The notes under the pieces are model-generated. The model did no database searches. It was not told where the DNA came from and was given only the letters and a program-made list of their open reading frames with translations. Positions 18,622 through 28,364 of a stretch of 39,548 nt of DNA are shown one piece after another. How positions within the stretch are numbered: position 1 is the first letter of the stretch; each line of letters opens with the position of its first letter. This DNA comes from a virus (Duplodnaviria > Heunggongvirae > Uroviricota > Caudoviricetes): IMG/VR virus record IMGVR_UViG_2519899835_000008; one strand, 5' to 3'. Position numbers and translations under genes: made by a program.

Positions 18622-18977
18622 GCGCGCGCCTTTTTCGCCTGTCTGGCGTTATTGCCGGTCTTTTTCCGGGGAGCATCCTGTACGGTTTCGGCTTCGGCTA
18701 AATCTGCACCGGTCTCTGCATGAACCACACCCGCCACGGCTCCCGCATCATCACCAGGCGTCTGTAGTATTCGTACAGTGAGGCATGGCTCCGCTTCCAG
18801 TCGGGCAAGCTGCTCCGGGGTGACGTCAACCTGCTGGCGTCCCCGCATGAACAGGAACCCCGCACGACGAAAATGCGTACGACTGCAACGCACTTCTGCC
18901 AGTACCGTGACAGGACTGTCACCACTGACCTGAAGGCCTGAATCATCTGTTGCTGCCACAGTGTGATGTTCATTCAT
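18618..18977 (-). CDS. Hypothetical head-associated protein (Mu gp35 position)
   Basis: 119-aa ORF directly downstream of the major capsid gene; basic Lys/Arg-rich C-terminal tail. Confidence 0.45.
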   Translation of the reverse strand: MNEHHTVAATDDSGLQVSGDSPVTVLAEVRCSRTHFRRAGFLFMRGRQQVDVTPEQLARLEAEPCLTVRILQTPGDDAGAVAGVVHAETGADLAEAETVQDAPRKKTGNNARQAKKARA

Positions 18978-19020
18978 ATTTGCCCTCCGCAGGGGCCGGG
19001 CCGTAAGCCCGGCTCACCGT

Positions 19021-19968
19021 TTACAGATAATCCGCGACAACCAGCTCCAGCTTGCCCTTCATCTCGTTAGAGACTGTGGCGTTACCGTCTGCGAACAGCT
19101 CGCGCTCCAGCAGCTGCACCGCCTGTTTTTCCAGCGAGGTGGGGACAACAATATGGGTGGGTTTGATGCCGAGTTTGCGGCCACCGTCAGCCTTAAAGTC
19201 ACGCATGGCTGACCAGCCGTGCCACAGCGCATCCAGCGTCAGCGGTGACTGCATCATGTAGGCCATCTGCCAGAAGCCGTAGCCCACATTGCGACGGGCG
19301 GAAGCACCGAACACAAACTCGTTATCAGTAAACGCACGGCCTTCATCGACTTTTGTCTGGGCAACCAGTTCGGCCTTGCGGCGATCCTGATAAATCAGCG
19401 GTTTTACCGCGCGGGAGCAGTCAAGCAGATACCAGGCCGGGCCGCTGTAATCCACCTGTGCACCGACAGAGCCGGTTTTTGCCACAAACATATTGCTGAC
19501 CATCTGTGCATCACCGGAGCCATCCACTTTGGGGTAAACAGGGTGTTCGGTATCAAAGAAGTTCTGGCCGTCATAGCAGGCCGCATTCAGACCATCACGC
19601 AGTGCAGCAAAGACCAGTTCATCCGGTTGTGCCGCCGCAGCGCGCCCCATCTCCTGGAACAACGGGGAGTAGATGCCAAGATTGTCGTCTTCAAAGTCAT
19701 CGCGGCTAATGGCAACGGTGCCTTCAAAGGTTTTGTTCACGATGGCGTAGCCATAGGCTTTCATCTTCTCGATGACGCGGGAGCCGATCCACTCACGGAA
19801 CTGCGGGAACTGCCCCAGCCAGCCGTAGGTGTTGGATTTCGACGTGGACGGTACGGTCATCGCAATTTTCTGGTACTGAGACGGAGCCATGGACATCCCG
19901 GCCTGAAAATCAGAACGGTAGCCCGTCATCAGGGCGGTGATCATCGCCGGTGTGATCGGGGTAGGCAT
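19021..19968 (-). CDS. Major capsid protein (Mu T-like)
   Basis: 315-aa ORF downstream of protease/scaffold gene; size matches Mu major head subunit. Confidence 0.75.
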   Translation of the reverse strand: MPTPITPAMITALMTGYRSDFQAGMSMAPSQYQKIAMTVPSTSKSNTYGWLGQFPQFREWIGSRVIEKMKAYGYAIVNKTFEGTVAISRDDFEDDNLGIYSPLFQEMGRAAAAQPDELVFAALRDGLNAACYDGQNFFDTEHPVYPKVDGSGDAQMVSNMFVAKTGSVGAQVDYSGPAWYLLDCSRAVKPLIYQDRRKAELVAQTKVDEGRAFTDNEFVFGASARRNVGYGFWQMAYMMQSPLTLDALWHGWSAMRDFKADGGRKLGIKPTHIVVPTSLEKQAVQLLERELFADGNATVSNEMKGKLELVVADYL

Positions 19969-21092
19969 TATTGCATTTCCTCTTTCATTTTCAGGAACTC
20001 GGCTTCGGTTTTACCCAGCAGATGGGCGGCGGCGATATCTTCAGCCGACAGCGCAGCGGTGGCGGTCTTTTTATCCGGCACGGTTACGGTGTCGGTCTGA
20101 AGAGTGGTCAGAGCCGCAACCGGCTGGCGGGCGTCAAGCTGTGCAGAAAGTGCCGCAACACCAATCTGTTGTCCGAGTCCTTCCATGTATCCGCGTTCGC
20201 TTTTGAAAATGCGTCCTTCGGACTCGGCCTTATCCAGCAACTGCTCCAGCGTGGTGCTGCCGTGTTGTGCCGACAACGCGACATATTCGGTACGCAGGGC
20301 GTTATACGTCTCAACGGGCACGTATTTCGTCAGATCAATAGTGCCGCCAGTTGGTGTGCCTTTTGCGGTTTCCAGCTCTGCCGACAGGCTGGCAACCTGC
20401 GTTTTCAGGGTGTCGTGCGCATCCGCACGGGTTTTGATCCCGGTAAGGGCAGACAGCGCCGCCGTGCCCAGTTCCGGTGTAAATTCGTCACCGTCGGCCA
20501 CGGTCAGACCGAGCGCCGTCAGCAACTGGCGTAATTGCTCATTCATGGAGGTGTCCTTTAAAGGAGGGTTTAAGGCGTTATAAAGGTCATCCGCCGACAG
20601 TGCGGCGACAGGATTCATGCCAGTCAGACCGGGGTCACCGGTAATAGCCAGCATCCGAAGCTCAACAGGTTCACCGGTGATTTCGTCATAACCAATCACC
20701 GGGGAAAACCAGGGAAATTCGTTATTGCGCAGGTGTTCAATGGCCGGAGGGTTCCAGTCCGGACGCACTTCAAAACCCCGCTCTTCACTGAAGCGGAAGT
20801 TTTCCGGTGAGGCCATGACAAAACCGGCAGCCGGTGCCGGATGCCCCTTAATCAGGGTCTGGTGGTTGTAGTCAATTTTTACCGGCTGATTGAGCGCCAC
20901 AACCCGGGATACCATGCGCTCAACGGCCGCATGGTTAATCAGCCAGCCTTCCGCCGGTTTTTCCGGGCGACCGTCACGGGCCTTTACCCGACCGGCTGGC
21001 ATGATCTGACACCAGTCACCGTCCCCGTCTGCGGACAGGCTGATGGCATTCAGAATGGCATAAGCAAGTTTGGGCGTGTTTTTCGTCTTCAT
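19968..21092 (-). CDS. Head maturation protease/scaffold protein (Mu I-like)
   Basis: 374-aa ORF with Ala/Leu-rich coiled-coil-like C-terminal half; precedes the major capsid gene. Confidence 0.7.
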   Translation of the reverse strand: MKTKNTPKLAYAILNAISLSADGDGDWCQIMPAGRVKARDGRPEKPAEGWLINHAAVERMVSRVVALNQPVKIDYNHQTLIKGHPAPAAGFVMASPENFRFSEERGFEVRPDWNPPAIEHLRNNEFPWFSPVIGYDEITGEPVELRMLAITGDPGLTGMNPVAALSADDLYNALNPPLKDTSMNEQLRQLLTALGLTVADGDEFTPELGTAALSALTGIKTRADAHDTLKTQVASLSAELETAKGTPTGGTIDLTKYVPVETYNALRTEYVALSAQHGSTTLEQLLDKAESEGRIFKSERGYMEGLGQQIGVAALSAQLDARQPVAALTTLQTDTVTVPDKKTATAALSAEDIAAAHLLGKTEAEFLKMKEEMQ

Positions 21093-21269
21093 TCCGGCAG
21101 CATAAGCCGGTGTTTTTCGGGGCCGGTTTTGCGGGACTTCAGAAAGTGCTGACAGGGGAAAAATGAGAAAGGCGCTTCACGCAGATTTTAAAGCCCGTTA
21201 AATACAGGTTAGAAAATCACGACACGCGCCTGAAGAGGGTAAGGCAATGCGTTTGTATACCTTAAACCA

Positions 21270-21743
21270 TTACGGCGTTTCTGTGGCCTTTTTAAAGCGT
21301 TTTCTGATTTCGTCCATGATCTCCTGTTCTGCCACCTGATCAAAGCCCATATACGGACGTGCGCCAATGGCCGCCGGTCCCGGTGGCATACCAGGCAGGC
21401 CACCCCACTGATGAATGGCCGCATAAGGTTCATTTGATCCAATCAGCGCCCAGGTATCGCCATAATCCGTGGTCAGGCGGCGGGCCAGATCGCCGTTCAG
21501 TGTCAGGATTTTGCCGGGCGTGTATCCCTTACGGGTACGCCACTTGCGGTAAGGATCTGACCAGTCATGCCAGCGTTCGCCGTCCGGCTCTTTTTCCTGT
21601 TCAAACGCCATTTCTGACGATGACAGAAGACTCTCCGCCACACTGCGGGCCAGGTCTTTTCCGCCGCCCACAAACTGAAGCCGGGCAAACACCCGCTGGA
21701 GACGCGTAACGTCAACAACGACAGCGGCATCAATGGATGACAT
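21270..21743 (-). CDS. Virion morphogenesis protein (Mu G-like)
   Basis: 157-aa ORF between F-like and I-like genes, matching Mu G size. Confidence 0.6.
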   Translation of the reverse strand: MSSIDAAVVVDVTRLQRVFARLQFVGGGKDLARSVAESLLSSSEMAFEQEKEPDGERWHDWSDPYRKWRTRKGYTPGKILTLNGDLARRLTTDYGDTWALIGSNEPYAAIHQWGGLPGMPPGPAAIGARPYMGFDQVAEQEIMDEIRKRFKKATETP

Positions 21744-21864
21744 ATTGCCTCCGCATAAAGGATGAATATAAAATAAACAGGCGGTCAGTGTACGCTTAAC
21801 TGGTAAAGTCGGTGCCTGCCTCCGGGTGGATCATGTATGCGGGTTCGACCCCCGCCACTGACCG

Positions 21865-23196
21865 TTAATCAATTTGTCCTTCCAGCACCTCAAGCATTCC
21901 GCCCCGGATATCCGATTTCAGCTTATCCATATTGATAACCCGGTAAGCATTCACAATCACATCCAGTTTGTCGGGCTGACGTTTCAGACTGTACGGTGCA
22001 TTAACGGCAATCTGCACACTGCCATCCTGATTTTCCACGATATACATCAGATTGTTGTGCCGTTTGTCCCACAGTACCGCTTTTGGCCTTGCCAGCATTG
22101 CCGGTAAGCGCCCGAAGTCCTCCGGCGTCAGAGCGATGCCGTCATTCTGATGTTTCACACTGTCCGCATGGAGCACATTTTTACCGCTCATCGCCAGCAG
22201 GCGGGCCGGTGGCGTTCCCGTCCGGCTTTCCACTGCCTGCGCAATGCTTTCAGTCATAAAGCCCAGCGTGCGGATATCGTTACCACCTCGCCGGGTCTGC
22301 ATGATGTTTTTTGCCCAGATGCGGAACGCCAGCTGCCGCTCCGGGCTGTTGTTCATCTCCTGAACCACCATTTCCCGTAACGCCGGGCTTTTCACCTCGA
22401 TCAGTTTGCGGATCAGCGCCTGGTCTGTGCCGAACGCTGCCGAGCCGGGGTTATATGACCAGCCCACATCCGGTGTCATGGTTCTGGTGCCATCTGAATA
22501 TGTGGTCACCGGCATTTCTCTGACTTCTCCGGTCTGTTTATCCACGCCAGCCTCAACATTGCGGGTGGAGAGATGATCCTCACCGGATGAAACGGATAAC
22601 CCCATTGCATCCAGACGGGCCTGAGACAATGGCCGCACACGGCAGCGGCAGTTCCAGCCATTGGGCGGGTAGTGTGTTTTCCAGAACGGATCGTCATAGC
22701 GGAATACCAGACCGTTAAGGGCGGAATGCGACGGGCGGGTACGGCTGTCCATGACCGCCACATACTGCCAGAACGGATGCGTGTCCGTGTTGTTCATCAT
22801 CTGCGTGTAACGCCCGGCATTGTAAGCCACACGGGTGTTCACGTTGTAAATCAGCGCCAGACGACGGGGACTGCCCAGCTGCACTTCTTCCGCGTTACCG
22901 TCGCTGTCCACCACAATCTGCTTTCCCCACCATCCCAGCTTTTGCAGGCGTGGCGTCAGCGTGCGGATAAATTCTTTCTGTGAAATCCCCTCATCAATGG
23001 CCCGCTGCACTTCGGCCTGTAATGTGGTCACCACATCCAGCCGTGCCGTTTTTGCTGCCGTGAATGAGCGGGCATGAACATCCGCGGCTGTTTCGAACCA
23101 GTTCCAGCTGATATGCGCCCCTTTGGCGCGGAAGTATGCCACCGTCTCTTTTGAGGGAAGCGTGGCGGCATAACCTAAATCAATCTCCTGAGCCAT
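21865..23196 (-). CDS. Head morphogenesis / minor capsid protein (Mu F-like)
   Basis: 443-aa ORF immediately downstream of and overlapping the portal gene end. Confidence 0.7.
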   Translation of the reverse strand: MAQEIDLGYAATLPSKETVAYFRAKGAHISWNWFETAADVHARSFTAAKTARLDVVTTLQAEVQRAIDEGISQKEFIRTLTPRLQKLGWWGKQIVVDSDGNAEEVQLGSPRRLALIYNVNTRVAYNAGRYTQMMNNTDTHPFWQYVAVMDSRTRPSHSALNGLVFRYDDPFWKTHYPPNGWNCRCRVRPLSQARLDAMGLSVSSGEDHLSTRNVEAGVDKQTGEVREMPVTTYSDGTRTMTPDVGWSYNPGSAAFGTDQALIRKLIEVKSPALREMVVQEMNNSPERQLAFRIWAKNIMQTRRGGNDIRTLGFMTESIAQAVESRTGTPPARLLAMSGKNVLHADSVKHQNDGIALTPEDFGRLPAMLARPKAVLWDKRHNNLMYIVENQDGSVQIAVNAPYSLKRQPDKLDVIVNAYRVINMDKLKSDIRGGMLEVLEGQID

Positions 23197-24769
23197 CCAG
23201 CATCCCCTTCATTTCCGCAGCAAACATGGCATCACTGAGCAGCGTCATCAGGCGGGAATCATCCATTTCACGATAAAGGGCAGGCAGGTCTGCCAGCGCA
23301 TCCGCCAGCCCCCGCGTTCTGATGGCATCAATGACCGGCTCCAGTACCGGGTCGATGGCCTCCTGTAAGCGGCGGGCAGGCACCGCGTCCCCCATATCAT
23401 CCAGTTCATCACGCGGCGTGCTTTTCGCTTCCGGCAGTCTGGCTGACAGCGCCGTCTGCTCTGTTTTTTCCTGTTTTTCCGGTGGTGTTTCCCTGTCGGT
23501 CTGAGCCGGTTCATTGCCACTCTGACGGACACGGAATATGGCTTCACCGGGCGTGGGCTGCGGAATACCGGTCTGCTCACGTATCCAGGGATCAGAAATA
23601 TCCATCCCCGTACTGAGCTGCATCACCGCACTGGTGATTTTGGTGATATCACCTGGTTCTTTTGTCTGGAAGCAGATACGTGGCAGACGGCGGATATCAA
23701 TAGTGTGCGTGGTGTTCAGGGCGTACAGCGGATACACCAGATCGCGGTTCAGGGTTGCAGCCAGCTGTCGTAAATCAGAATCCCTGATTTCCCGGCGCAC
23801 CTCGTTATGTACCTCACCCAGTGAGCGCGCGCCTTTGTCTCCGGCTTCCGTGGTCAGCGTGCCGCCGAGTATTGCTTTGGAGATGGAACGCTCCCCCCAC
23901 GAAATCATGGTTTCAAACGGATCGGCCTGACCGTTCGCTGCCGCCTGAAACTCCAGCGACATCCCGGCCGGGATGATCCCGCCTGTACGTCGCCCGATAT
24001 CCATCACCGCCCGCATCAGGGCACTTTTCTGCTCCGGTGTTGCCCCGGACGGGTATTTCCCGACCTTCATCGGCAGGCCGTACACCTCCAGAAATTCCGC
24101 CAGATCGCGCACGGAATAGTTTTTGAAAATGAACGGCCAGATAAGCGTCCGGACAAGCCCGGTTGCACCACCGTAACCGGTGCGTGAACGCGACTGATGC
24201 ACTATCCAGCCAAAGGGCTGAAACGCCACCCCGGAATGGCTGCCGTCACGCAGCCGCAGTTCGCTCAAATCATCCGGGTTAAGGCAGAAATGCCCGCTGT
24301 CACGCCAGCGGATGGCGCGGATGATGTGCATTTTACCGAGCATCCCGTGCTCAATTTCCATGCAGGAATAGCCCTTCAGGATGGCATCCGTGGCGTCAAA
24401 CAGCATGGCATCAAACCAGTCTGCGGAATGCAGATATTCGTCGAGCATTTCCGCGTCCTTTTTCTCATTCGCGCTGGCGTTCGGTGGCGGCTCAATACTC
24501 CATGGCACCCCCTGAATGGCAAGACGTCGCTTGCCCAGCTCCGCAAAAAGGTGGGTGTCCTTTTCTTCAATATCAGCGGCCAGATCGGACTGGGCAATCA
24601 GATCGCCACGTTCAGCCCCGCGAAGGCACTGCGCCGCCCGGTTCGGGGTGATACCCGAAGCCGGATGTTCAATATAACGGCTGGCAATCTGCGGAATATC
24701 CAGCGCGGCACTCTGCATCTCCGGGTCAAAGGAGAAAGGTTTTCCGTCAGTATCAATGATGCGTCCCAC
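23180..24769 (-). CDS. Portal protein (Mu H/gp29-like)
   Basis: 529-aa ORF immediately downstream of terminase large subunit. Confidence 0.75.
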   Translation of the reverse strand: MGRIIDTDGKPFSFDPEMQSAALDIPQIASRYIEHPASGITPNRAAQCLRGAERGDLIAQSDLAADIEEKDTHLFAELGKRRLAIQGVPWSIEPPPNASANEKKDAEMLDEYLHSADWFDAMLFDATDAILKGYSCMEIEHGMLGKMHIIRAIRWRDSGHFCLNPDDLSELRLRDGSHSGVAFQPFGWIVHQSRSRTGYGGATGLVRTLIWPFIFKNYSVRDLAEFLEVYGLPMKVGKYPSGATPEQKSALMRAVMDIGRRTGGIIPAGMSLEFQAAANGQADPFETMISWGERSISKAILGGTLTTEAGDKGARSLGEVHNEVRREIRDSDLRQLAATLNRDLVYPLYALNTTHTIDIRRLPRICFQTKEPGDITKITSAVMQLSTGMDISDPWIREQTGIPQPTPGEAIFRVRQSGNEPAQTDRETPPEKQEKTEQTALSARLPEAKSTPRDELDDMGDAVPARRLQEAIDPVLEPVIDAIRTRGLADALADLPALYREMDDSRLMTLLSDAMFAAEMKGMLDGSGD

Positions 24770-26433
24770 TACCAGCCCCCCCGATCAAATTCATGATATG
24801 CCTCATCGTCATCACGATAACCGCCCTCCATTGCCCGCGACCGCTCCGGTAGCGCCTGACAGGCTGATTCATCCAGGATGAAACCCTCCATGTATGACGC
24901 CCGGTTTGCCATACAGAGTGCCACGGCAAAATCACCATGGCGGCGGGCGTTCGCAGCCGTTGCGTTCTGGTCCTTCGTGCGCCCCTTGTCGATTTGCGGG
25001 ATACCATTCACCACCTTCACATGGCGCAAATCATCAAGCGTGGTCTGATGGCGGGCGACGAGGATATTCTGATCTTCAAACTCGGCTTTCAGTTTTGGCA
25101 TCCACTCGCCGTACCACTTCGGCGACAACATCACGCAGTCGATGATGTCCGGGCCAAAGGCCAGCAGTGCGGCCTCTGCCAGATAGCCGCCGTTACCGGT
25201 GGCGTCGAACGCCGCACCGACCAGCGCCGGAACGCGGGTCAGGATGTACATCATCACCTGTTCCTGCTGGGCATACGGCAGGTTGCGCAGCTCCACGCGA
25301 AACACCTCGCGCTTTGCCAGGAGTTCGGTGATTTCCAGCAGCACAAAGCAGGACAGGTCACCGGTGCGGGCAAAGTCTTCCCCGAAGCTGAAGCGGGAAC
25401 GGGGATTTAATTTCTCTGTAAGCGGTTTTAAATGTTCTTCACACCAGGTTAAAACTTCCGATTCACGCAGCCATGCGGCACGGCTGATGAAGTCGTCCGG
25501 GGCTTCAAACGTCAGAATCGGGATGTCACGAATCATCGCCATTTCAATAAGCGCGTGAGGAATATAGGCACCGCCGGATTTTTTCGGGATACAGCCGTAT
25601 TCCTCGTCGGCATCCTCACGGGTCGGGGCGTTTTTGTAGAGATCATCACGCCATTTCTGCTCGCTTTCCGGTGACCATTCCTGATCGGTGACGTAACAGA
25701 TACGACGGTACAGCCCGTCCGCAATGGCATCATCCAGGGTTATGCGGTGGACGCTGTAATCCTTGCGCCCCTCGCGGGCTTCCTGAATGTACTGATTAAA
25801 CAGATTATCGACGCCGTTATGCGTGGAAATAATGCGCACGCGTGCGCCCCACATGGTAAGCGCCATTGCCGCCTTGAGAAGCTCATCCAGTGACTCGTGG
25901 AACGCGGCTTCATCAATCACCACATCCCCCTGAAGACCGCGCAGGTTTGACGGACGGGAAGACAATGCCTGAATTTTGAATCCACTGTTCGGAAAGCGGA
26001 TCATGTAGGTCAGAATTTCTTCTTTTTTATCCCGATCCCAGAATGTCTGCTCATACACATCAGCATCTGCCAGCTGGTTAAAGGCACGGGAGAACAGCGC
26101 GCAGGCAGAAATATATTCCAGCGCCATCTCCTGTTTTGACCCCACATAAAACACATTACGGCCACCACGACGCTTAGGCTTTGCGGCGGTAATGACGTTA
26201 CGCCCGGCTTCCGCCCAGGTAAGCCCGGTGCGTCGGGATTTCTCCGCGATGCAGACCTGACTTTCATCTGCAAACCAGCGGGCCTGATAATCCAGAAACA
26301 CCGGCATATCACCGGGCAAATCAAGGCTGTCCGGCACATCCACGCCCAGCAGGGCTTTTTCACCGGACAGATCAATTTTGCGGGGAGGTGTCATTTGTAT
26401 CAGTGAAGGAGACTTTTCTTTGGCTTTGTTCAT
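24769..26433 (-). CDS. Terminase large subunit
   Basis: 554-aa ORF upstream of portal; size and position match Mu gp28. Confidence 0.75.
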   Translation of the reverse strand: MNKAKEKSPSLIQMTPPRKIDLSGEKALLGVDVPDSLDLPGDMPVFLDYQARWFADESQVCIAEKSRRTGLTWAEAGRNVITAAKPKRRGGRNVFYVGSKQEMALEYISACALFSRAFNQLADADVYEQTFWDRDKKEEILTYMIRFPNSGFKIQALSSRPSNLRGLQGDVVIDEAAFHESLDELLKAAMALTMWGARVRIISTHNGVDNLFNQYIQEAREGRKDYSVHRITLDDAIADGLYRRICYVTDQEWSPESEQKWRDDLYKNAPTREDADEEYGCIPKKSGGAYIPHALIEMAMIRDIPILTFEAPDDFISRAAWLRESEVLTWCEEHLKPLTEKLNPRSRFSFGEDFARTGDLSCFVLLEITELLAKREVFRVELRNLPYAQQEQVMMYILTRVPALVGAAFDATGNGGYLAEAALLAFGPDIIDCVMLSPKWYGEWMPKLKAEFEDQNILVARHQTTLDDLRHVKVVNGIPQIDKGRTKDQNATAANARRHGDFAVALCMANRASYMEGFILDESACQALPERSRAMEGGYRDDDEAYHEFDRGGW

Positions 26434-26681
26434 CAGGCTTTACCTGTCAGAATGCTTTTGATTCGGAACTCAAGCTCTTCAGTCATCACGTCCACGCCAC
26501 TCAACTCATCAGTGACAGCCCCTGCCAGCAGCGAATGCAGTTGTTCCAGGGATATTTCCCCGGCAATGCTGAGTTCAGTCAACTCACGACACGCTTTTAT
26601 GGTTTCAGGAGGTAACTGTGTTGCAAGACTGAATGCCTTCTGATGAGCACTGCTCATCAGTGAGCGGTTATCTGTTACCAC
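26433..26681 (-). CDS. Hypothetical protein whose C-terminus is paralogous to the terminase small subunit C-terminus
   Basis: GTG start with AGGAGG ribosome-binding site 6 nt upstream; C-terminus AVTDELSGVDVMTEELEFRIKSILTGKA parallels AVTDELRGVDGMSEQIEFRIRQMLLGKA of the upstream gene. Confidence 0.55.
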   Translation of the reverse strand: MVTDNRSLMSSAHQKAFSLATQLPPETIKACRELTELSIAGEISLEQLHSLLAGAVTDELSGVDVMTEELEFRIKSILTGKA

Positions 26682-26691
26682 GATTCACCTC

Positions 26692-27273
26692 CTACGCCTT
26701 ACCAAGCAGCATCTGCCTGATACGGAATTCTATCTGCTCGCTCATGCCATCCACGCCGCGCAACTCGTCGGTGACGGCGTTCGCCATCTCTTCAGCAAAT
26801 GCGGCCCGGATTTCTTTTTCACGCTTAATGCTGCGCTCGGCGGCACTTTCCGCACGCTGTGCCGACAGGAGGATGTCCTTAATAAGGCGCATATCCACAT
26901 CGCTGTCGCTGTTCAGGGATTCGGTGGCGGCACGCAGACGGCGGTACATCAGGGCACGGGACATCTCCAGAATCAGTGCCGTGGTTTCACCGGTCGGCTT
27001 ATCCCCCAGTTCGGCCATCATGGCTTTTGTCTGCTCGCGTAAATCACGCAGATTACGGGCAATCAGCTCATTACGGGAGGCTTCCCGGCTGATGGCCGCC
27101 GGTGAAAGCTGCTGCTCTTCCGGCAGGCCTGCCTCACGGATCAGACGGTTGATTTCCTCGCGGATCTGGACCTGCGTCAGGCGTTTTTCACGCAGCATTT
27201 CCAGCAGCGGCTTACGGATGCTGTCGGGGAGCAAATCCACCTTGCGTACACGGCCACGCGTCGGCTTATCCAT
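26692..27273 (-). CDS. Terminase small subunit (Mu gp27-like)
   Basis: 193-aa ORF with basic N-terminus and helical body, directly upstream of the large subunit. Confidence 0.65.
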   Translation of the reverse strand: MDKPTRGRVRKVDLLPDSIRKPLLEMLREKRLTQVQIREEINRLIREAGLPEEQQLSPAAISREASRNELIARNLRDLREQTKAMMAELGDKPTGETTALILEMSRALMYRRLRAATESLNSDSDVDMRLIKDILLSAQRAESAAERSIKREKEIRAAFAEEMANAVTDELRGVDGMSEQIEFRIRQMLLGKA

Positions 27274-27275
27274 CG

Positions 27276-27566
27276 TTACCCCCTTGCGCGTGGTTTCTTC
27301 ACACCCGGAACAGTGGCACGACCTTCCGCCACATCCTGACCCCGGCCGGTCAGTTCAGCGATGAAATAACCGTTAACAAGCGTGCGCTTACGCACCAGTC
27401 CCTGCTCAGCAAGCCAGGCAATGTGGGTGTGAACGGTGTCGCGGGACACGCGGTGGCCGTAATCATCCAGGCAGTCCTGAAGCACGGATTCGCCCAGTTC
27501 GCCGTTGTAATCCGCCAGCGACCGCAGAATGACAAGACGCTGATCTTCAGTAATGAAATCACTCAT
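27276..27566 (-). CDS. Hypothetical protein, Mu gp26-like
   Basis: 96-aa ORF in syntenic position between lysis and terminase genes. Confidence 0.45.
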   Translation of the reverse strand: MSDFITEDQRLVILRSLADYNGELGESVLQDCLDDYGHRVSRDTVHTHIAWLAEQGLVRKRTLVNGYFIAELTGRGQDVAEGRATVPGVKKPRARG

Positions 27567-27870
27567 TGTGTTTTTTCCTTACAGCCTGCTCCAGCAGCAG
27601 TTCGTTCTGATGAGAGACGGATTTCAGGGTGGCGTTGGTGGCCTTTAGCTCACCGCGCAGGGTGGTGATTTCGATATTGAGTCTGTTCACCTCCTGCTGC
27701 GTGGGCAGGCCGGAAATCCGGCTCTCCACCCGCTCAACCCGATCGGAGAGTTTTTCAAAGGCCTCGCGGGGGACGAAGGTTTTGCGCATCAGCGCCATGA
27801 AGATCCCCCCGGCCGTGGCCGTTGCCGACAGGATCGGCACAACATAATCTTTAACGATGCTGACCCACAT
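27559..27870 (-). CDS. Membrane protein with N-terminal transmembrane helix and coiled coil (Mu gp25-like; possible lysis accessory)
   Basis: 103-aa ORF; hydrophobic segment VVPILSATATAGGIFMALM then heptad-like helical region. Confidence 0.45.
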   Translation of the reverse strand: MWVSIVKDYVVPILSATATAGGIFMALMRKTFVPREAFEKLSDRVERVESRISGLPTQQEVNRLNIEITTLRGELKATNATLKSVSHQNELLLEQAVRKKHNE

Positions 27871-28078
27871 GACCGGCCTCCATGATGTTCTGGCAGTTCA
27901 CACAACGGATGGCATCCGGCACGGCAACCAGACGGGCAGCCGGAATATCACCCCCGCAGTCCGCGCATACACGCCTGCCCGGTGTCTCCGCCACCCGGCG
28001 CTTACGTGTCAGCCGGTCACAAAGGGCGCGTTCTGTTGCCCGCTCCATGACAGCCTGAGCACAATCTGAATCATCCAT
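27851..28078 (-). CDS. TraR/DksA-family C4 zinc-finger protein
   Basis: CADCGGDIPAARL...RCVNCQ four-Cys motif typical of phage TraR/DksA proteins; start taken at Met MDDSDCAQ. Confidence 0.7.
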   Translation of the reverse strand: MDDSDCAQAVMERATERALCDRLTRKRRVAETPGRRVCADCGGDIPAARLVAVPDAIRCVNCQNIMEAGHVGQHR

Positions 28079-28088
28079 ACCTTTTTCC

Positions 28089-28364
28089 TTACTTCGTCTT
28101 TCCTGCCGGAACAGCAGGCGTTCCGGCCATATCAGTAAATTCATGTTGTCGCCGCGCCTCCAGACGACGAATACTGGCCTTGTCCACGTTGCAGTTCTTG
28201 ATCACCGCCAGCAGTTGCAGGTTGTAAGTGACCGATGCCCCAAACGTGAACGGCTCCGGCGCAGGAGGGACCAGGCAGTCAGCCAGCCATTCAGCGGGGA
28301 TCGGAACCGGCTGCACAGGCACGTATTTCACAGACGGCCCGGCGCACCCGCTCAGCCACATCAT
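28089..28364 (-). CDS. Outer-membrane spanin (Rz1-like lipoprotein) nested in the i-spanin gene in another frame
   Basis: Lipobox LSGC in LFLCLMMWLSGCAG followed by Pro-rich sequence; entirely inside or overlapping the i-spanin ORF; exact start uncertain. Confidence 0.5.
   Translation of the reverse strand: MMWLSGCAGPSVKYVPVQPVPIPAEWLADCLVPPAPEPFTFGASVTYNLQLLAVIKNCNVDKASIRRLEARRQHEFTDMAGTPAVPAGKTK

Noticed and set aside
19506-20583. Long plus-strand ORFs (185, 187, 159 aa) antisense to the capsid and protease/scaffold genes
   Set aside because: Antisense to strongly supported head genes; Arg/Gly/Cys-rich composition; no ribosome-binding sites.
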